This document shows, in pieces, positions 62,389 through 64,000 of a stretch of DNA of 64,000 bases. The position numbers and the translations under genes are program-made. This DNA comes from Mobula hypostoma (lineage: Eukaryota), in NCBI RefSeq assembly GCF_963921235.1, contig NC_086120.1:23126001-23190000 (forward strand), in the 5' to 3' direction. A model generated the notes under the pieces. The model had not been told where the DNA came from. It saw nothing but the letters and a program-made list of their open reading frames with translations, and made no database searches. The number at the start of each line of letters is the position of its first letter. The first letter of the stretch is position 1.

Positions 62389-62569
62389 TGCACCGTGCAG
62401 GTAAAACTGGAACTAGGCCATCGAGCCCAGCTTCGGAAAAAGCCGACTAATGAAGGATTCACCCATGACTGGATGGTGTTTGTTAGAGGACCAGAGCAGA
62501 GCGATATTCAGCACTTTGTGGAAAAGGTGGTTTTCCGGTTGCACGAGAGTTTTCCGAAACCTAAACGGG
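62389..62569 (+). CDS. MLLT1: MLLT1 (ENL) exon 2, N-terminal YEATS domain (181 nt)
   Basis: [60 protein letters not shown]; acceptor tttacag; donor G|gtgagt at 62570. Confidence 0.96.
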
Positions 62570-63699
62570 GTGAGTGGAGCTTTTTAATAAGTGTTTACAA
62601 CATCTGCCTTGTGTCTAAAATCGCTTTGCTGATTTCCCCCCACCCCAGTGATTCTTGTTTCTAGGATTAAGATAACTGGCACTGAAGAGAGGTTTAAGGA
62701 AGCACCTGTAGCATTCAGTCAAAATTGTTGGGGTTGGTTACGTGGGACAAAACTATAAGCTAATTTCCAGTGTTTCTTTGGTTCCTCAAATAATTGTGAC
62801 TGTCAGCCTCGGTGGTGCTGACAGGAATTGCTGGTGCTCATGTATGCACCCTCCTTAGGACAGGCTTTTTATTCCACAATTCTTGTGATCGCAGTCAGTA
62901 GATCGTGAAAGATGTGGTCTTTTGTTTAATGATCAATTTATCCAAAATAAATCTGCTTTCAAGTGTTTGCCTTGCTGCCTGGATCTCTTCTCAAGTCCTA
63001 TTCACTCATCACCCTTGTGCTCTGTGTCCTAGACCCCTCTACAGTCCACCTAAGGCCTTGAAAATAATGTATGAAATCTTAGTGCTTGCACCTCTCCGTG
63101 GCCATTACAACCTCTCTCTGCAACCACCTTCTGTAGGACTGTAACCCTCCTGTCTCCCCCAATTATTTCTCCTCTTCCCCCACCTGCACATTACAATATG
63201 CCTTGAGTAATGAATGTAACCAATGCCTTAACCCTGTGCTAACCCCTTCCAGCCTCCACTCCTTCAAGATGTTCTTCAAGGTCTGCTTCTTTGCCCAAGA
63301 TTTTGATTAAAAGTCATGTCTCTAATATCTTGATGCCAGTTTTGTGTCTGGCTTGACTCCTATGAGGTCCCTTTTGGATATTTTAATAAATTTGTCATCT
63401 CATACAATATTTGTTTCCTTCTGTTGTGTGGTTCTCTGTATTTCCCTTTTTGTTTCTTGTCCCCATTTCATGAGGCCATTTATTTTCTCTTCCGTTGTAC
63501 ATCTCCCTCAGGTTTTCACCCTTTTATTTCTGTGCCTGCGCCTAATTTGTCTTTTCTCGCTGTCCCGTTGTTTATCATTTTGTTCCGTAATGTCTTGCTC
63601 TTCCTCCACAAACTGCTGAGAGTGCATTTATTATCAAAGTACATGCGCTGTGTTCAAGCTTGAGATTCGTCTTGCAGGCAGTCACGAAACTAACGCAAG

Positions 63700-63801
63700 A
63701 GAAGCAACACACACAGAATGCTGGAGGAACTCAGCAGGCCAGGCAGCATCAGTGGGAAAGAGTACAGTCGACGTTTCGGGCTGAGACCCGTCATCGGCAC
63801 T
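63700..63801 (-). mobile_element. Penelope terminal fragment with hammerhead remnant
   Basis: Reverse complement reads gtgcCGATGAcgggtctcagcccGAAAcGTCgactgtact. Confidence 0.75.
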
Positions 63802-64000
63802 CAATCCCTTTTTAAAAAGAAAACCCACACAACAAAAGCTGTCAACGTGGAACCTGTCCAGGAGTCCATTGGCCACAGGGCAACGACTGGCTGCGTGGGA
63901 CCCCAGACTCCTGCACCTCCCGCCCAATGGTAGTAGCGGGAAGAGAAAGGAGACTAGTCAAATGCAGGCAGACAGTACTGAGCACCTGTTCATTTTCTGT

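Noticed and set aside
62287-62664. 125-aa ORF as a complete gene, or as MLLT3/AF9
   Set aside because: Only 62389-62569 is exonic (splice sites flank it). The MDNQ start and the residues AQLRKK, GPEQ.DIQ and FPKP favour MLLT1/ENL.

Overview
Eukaryotic (vertebrate) DNA, most likely from a cartilaginous fish (ray/batoid; inferred from the repeat families). The window holds the 5' end of MLLT1/ENL on the + strand: a CpG-island promoter (~2690-3340), a 12-nt coding exon 1 (MDNQ, 3151-3162), a 59.2-kb intron 1 (3163-62388) and exon 2 (62389-62569, start of the YEATS domain). The intron is packed with nested transposon relics: CR1, Rex1/Babar and RTE-type LINEs, tRNA-derived, V- and Deu-type SINEs, Penelope-like elements with hammerhead-ribozyme motifs, Tc1, Tigger, hAT and Harbinger DNA transposons, an ERV-L-like retrovirus and two Gypsy LTR elements. 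The strongest unusual signal is a Gypsy element (39311-42390, - strand) with LTRs, PBS, PPT and TSD all recognisable, in which the RT-RNaseH-integrase core is replaced by an intronless copy of the host splicing factor RBM25. This looks like LTR-mediated host-gene capture. All family assignments were made by eye from recalled motifs; no database search was run, and many repeat boundaries are approximate.
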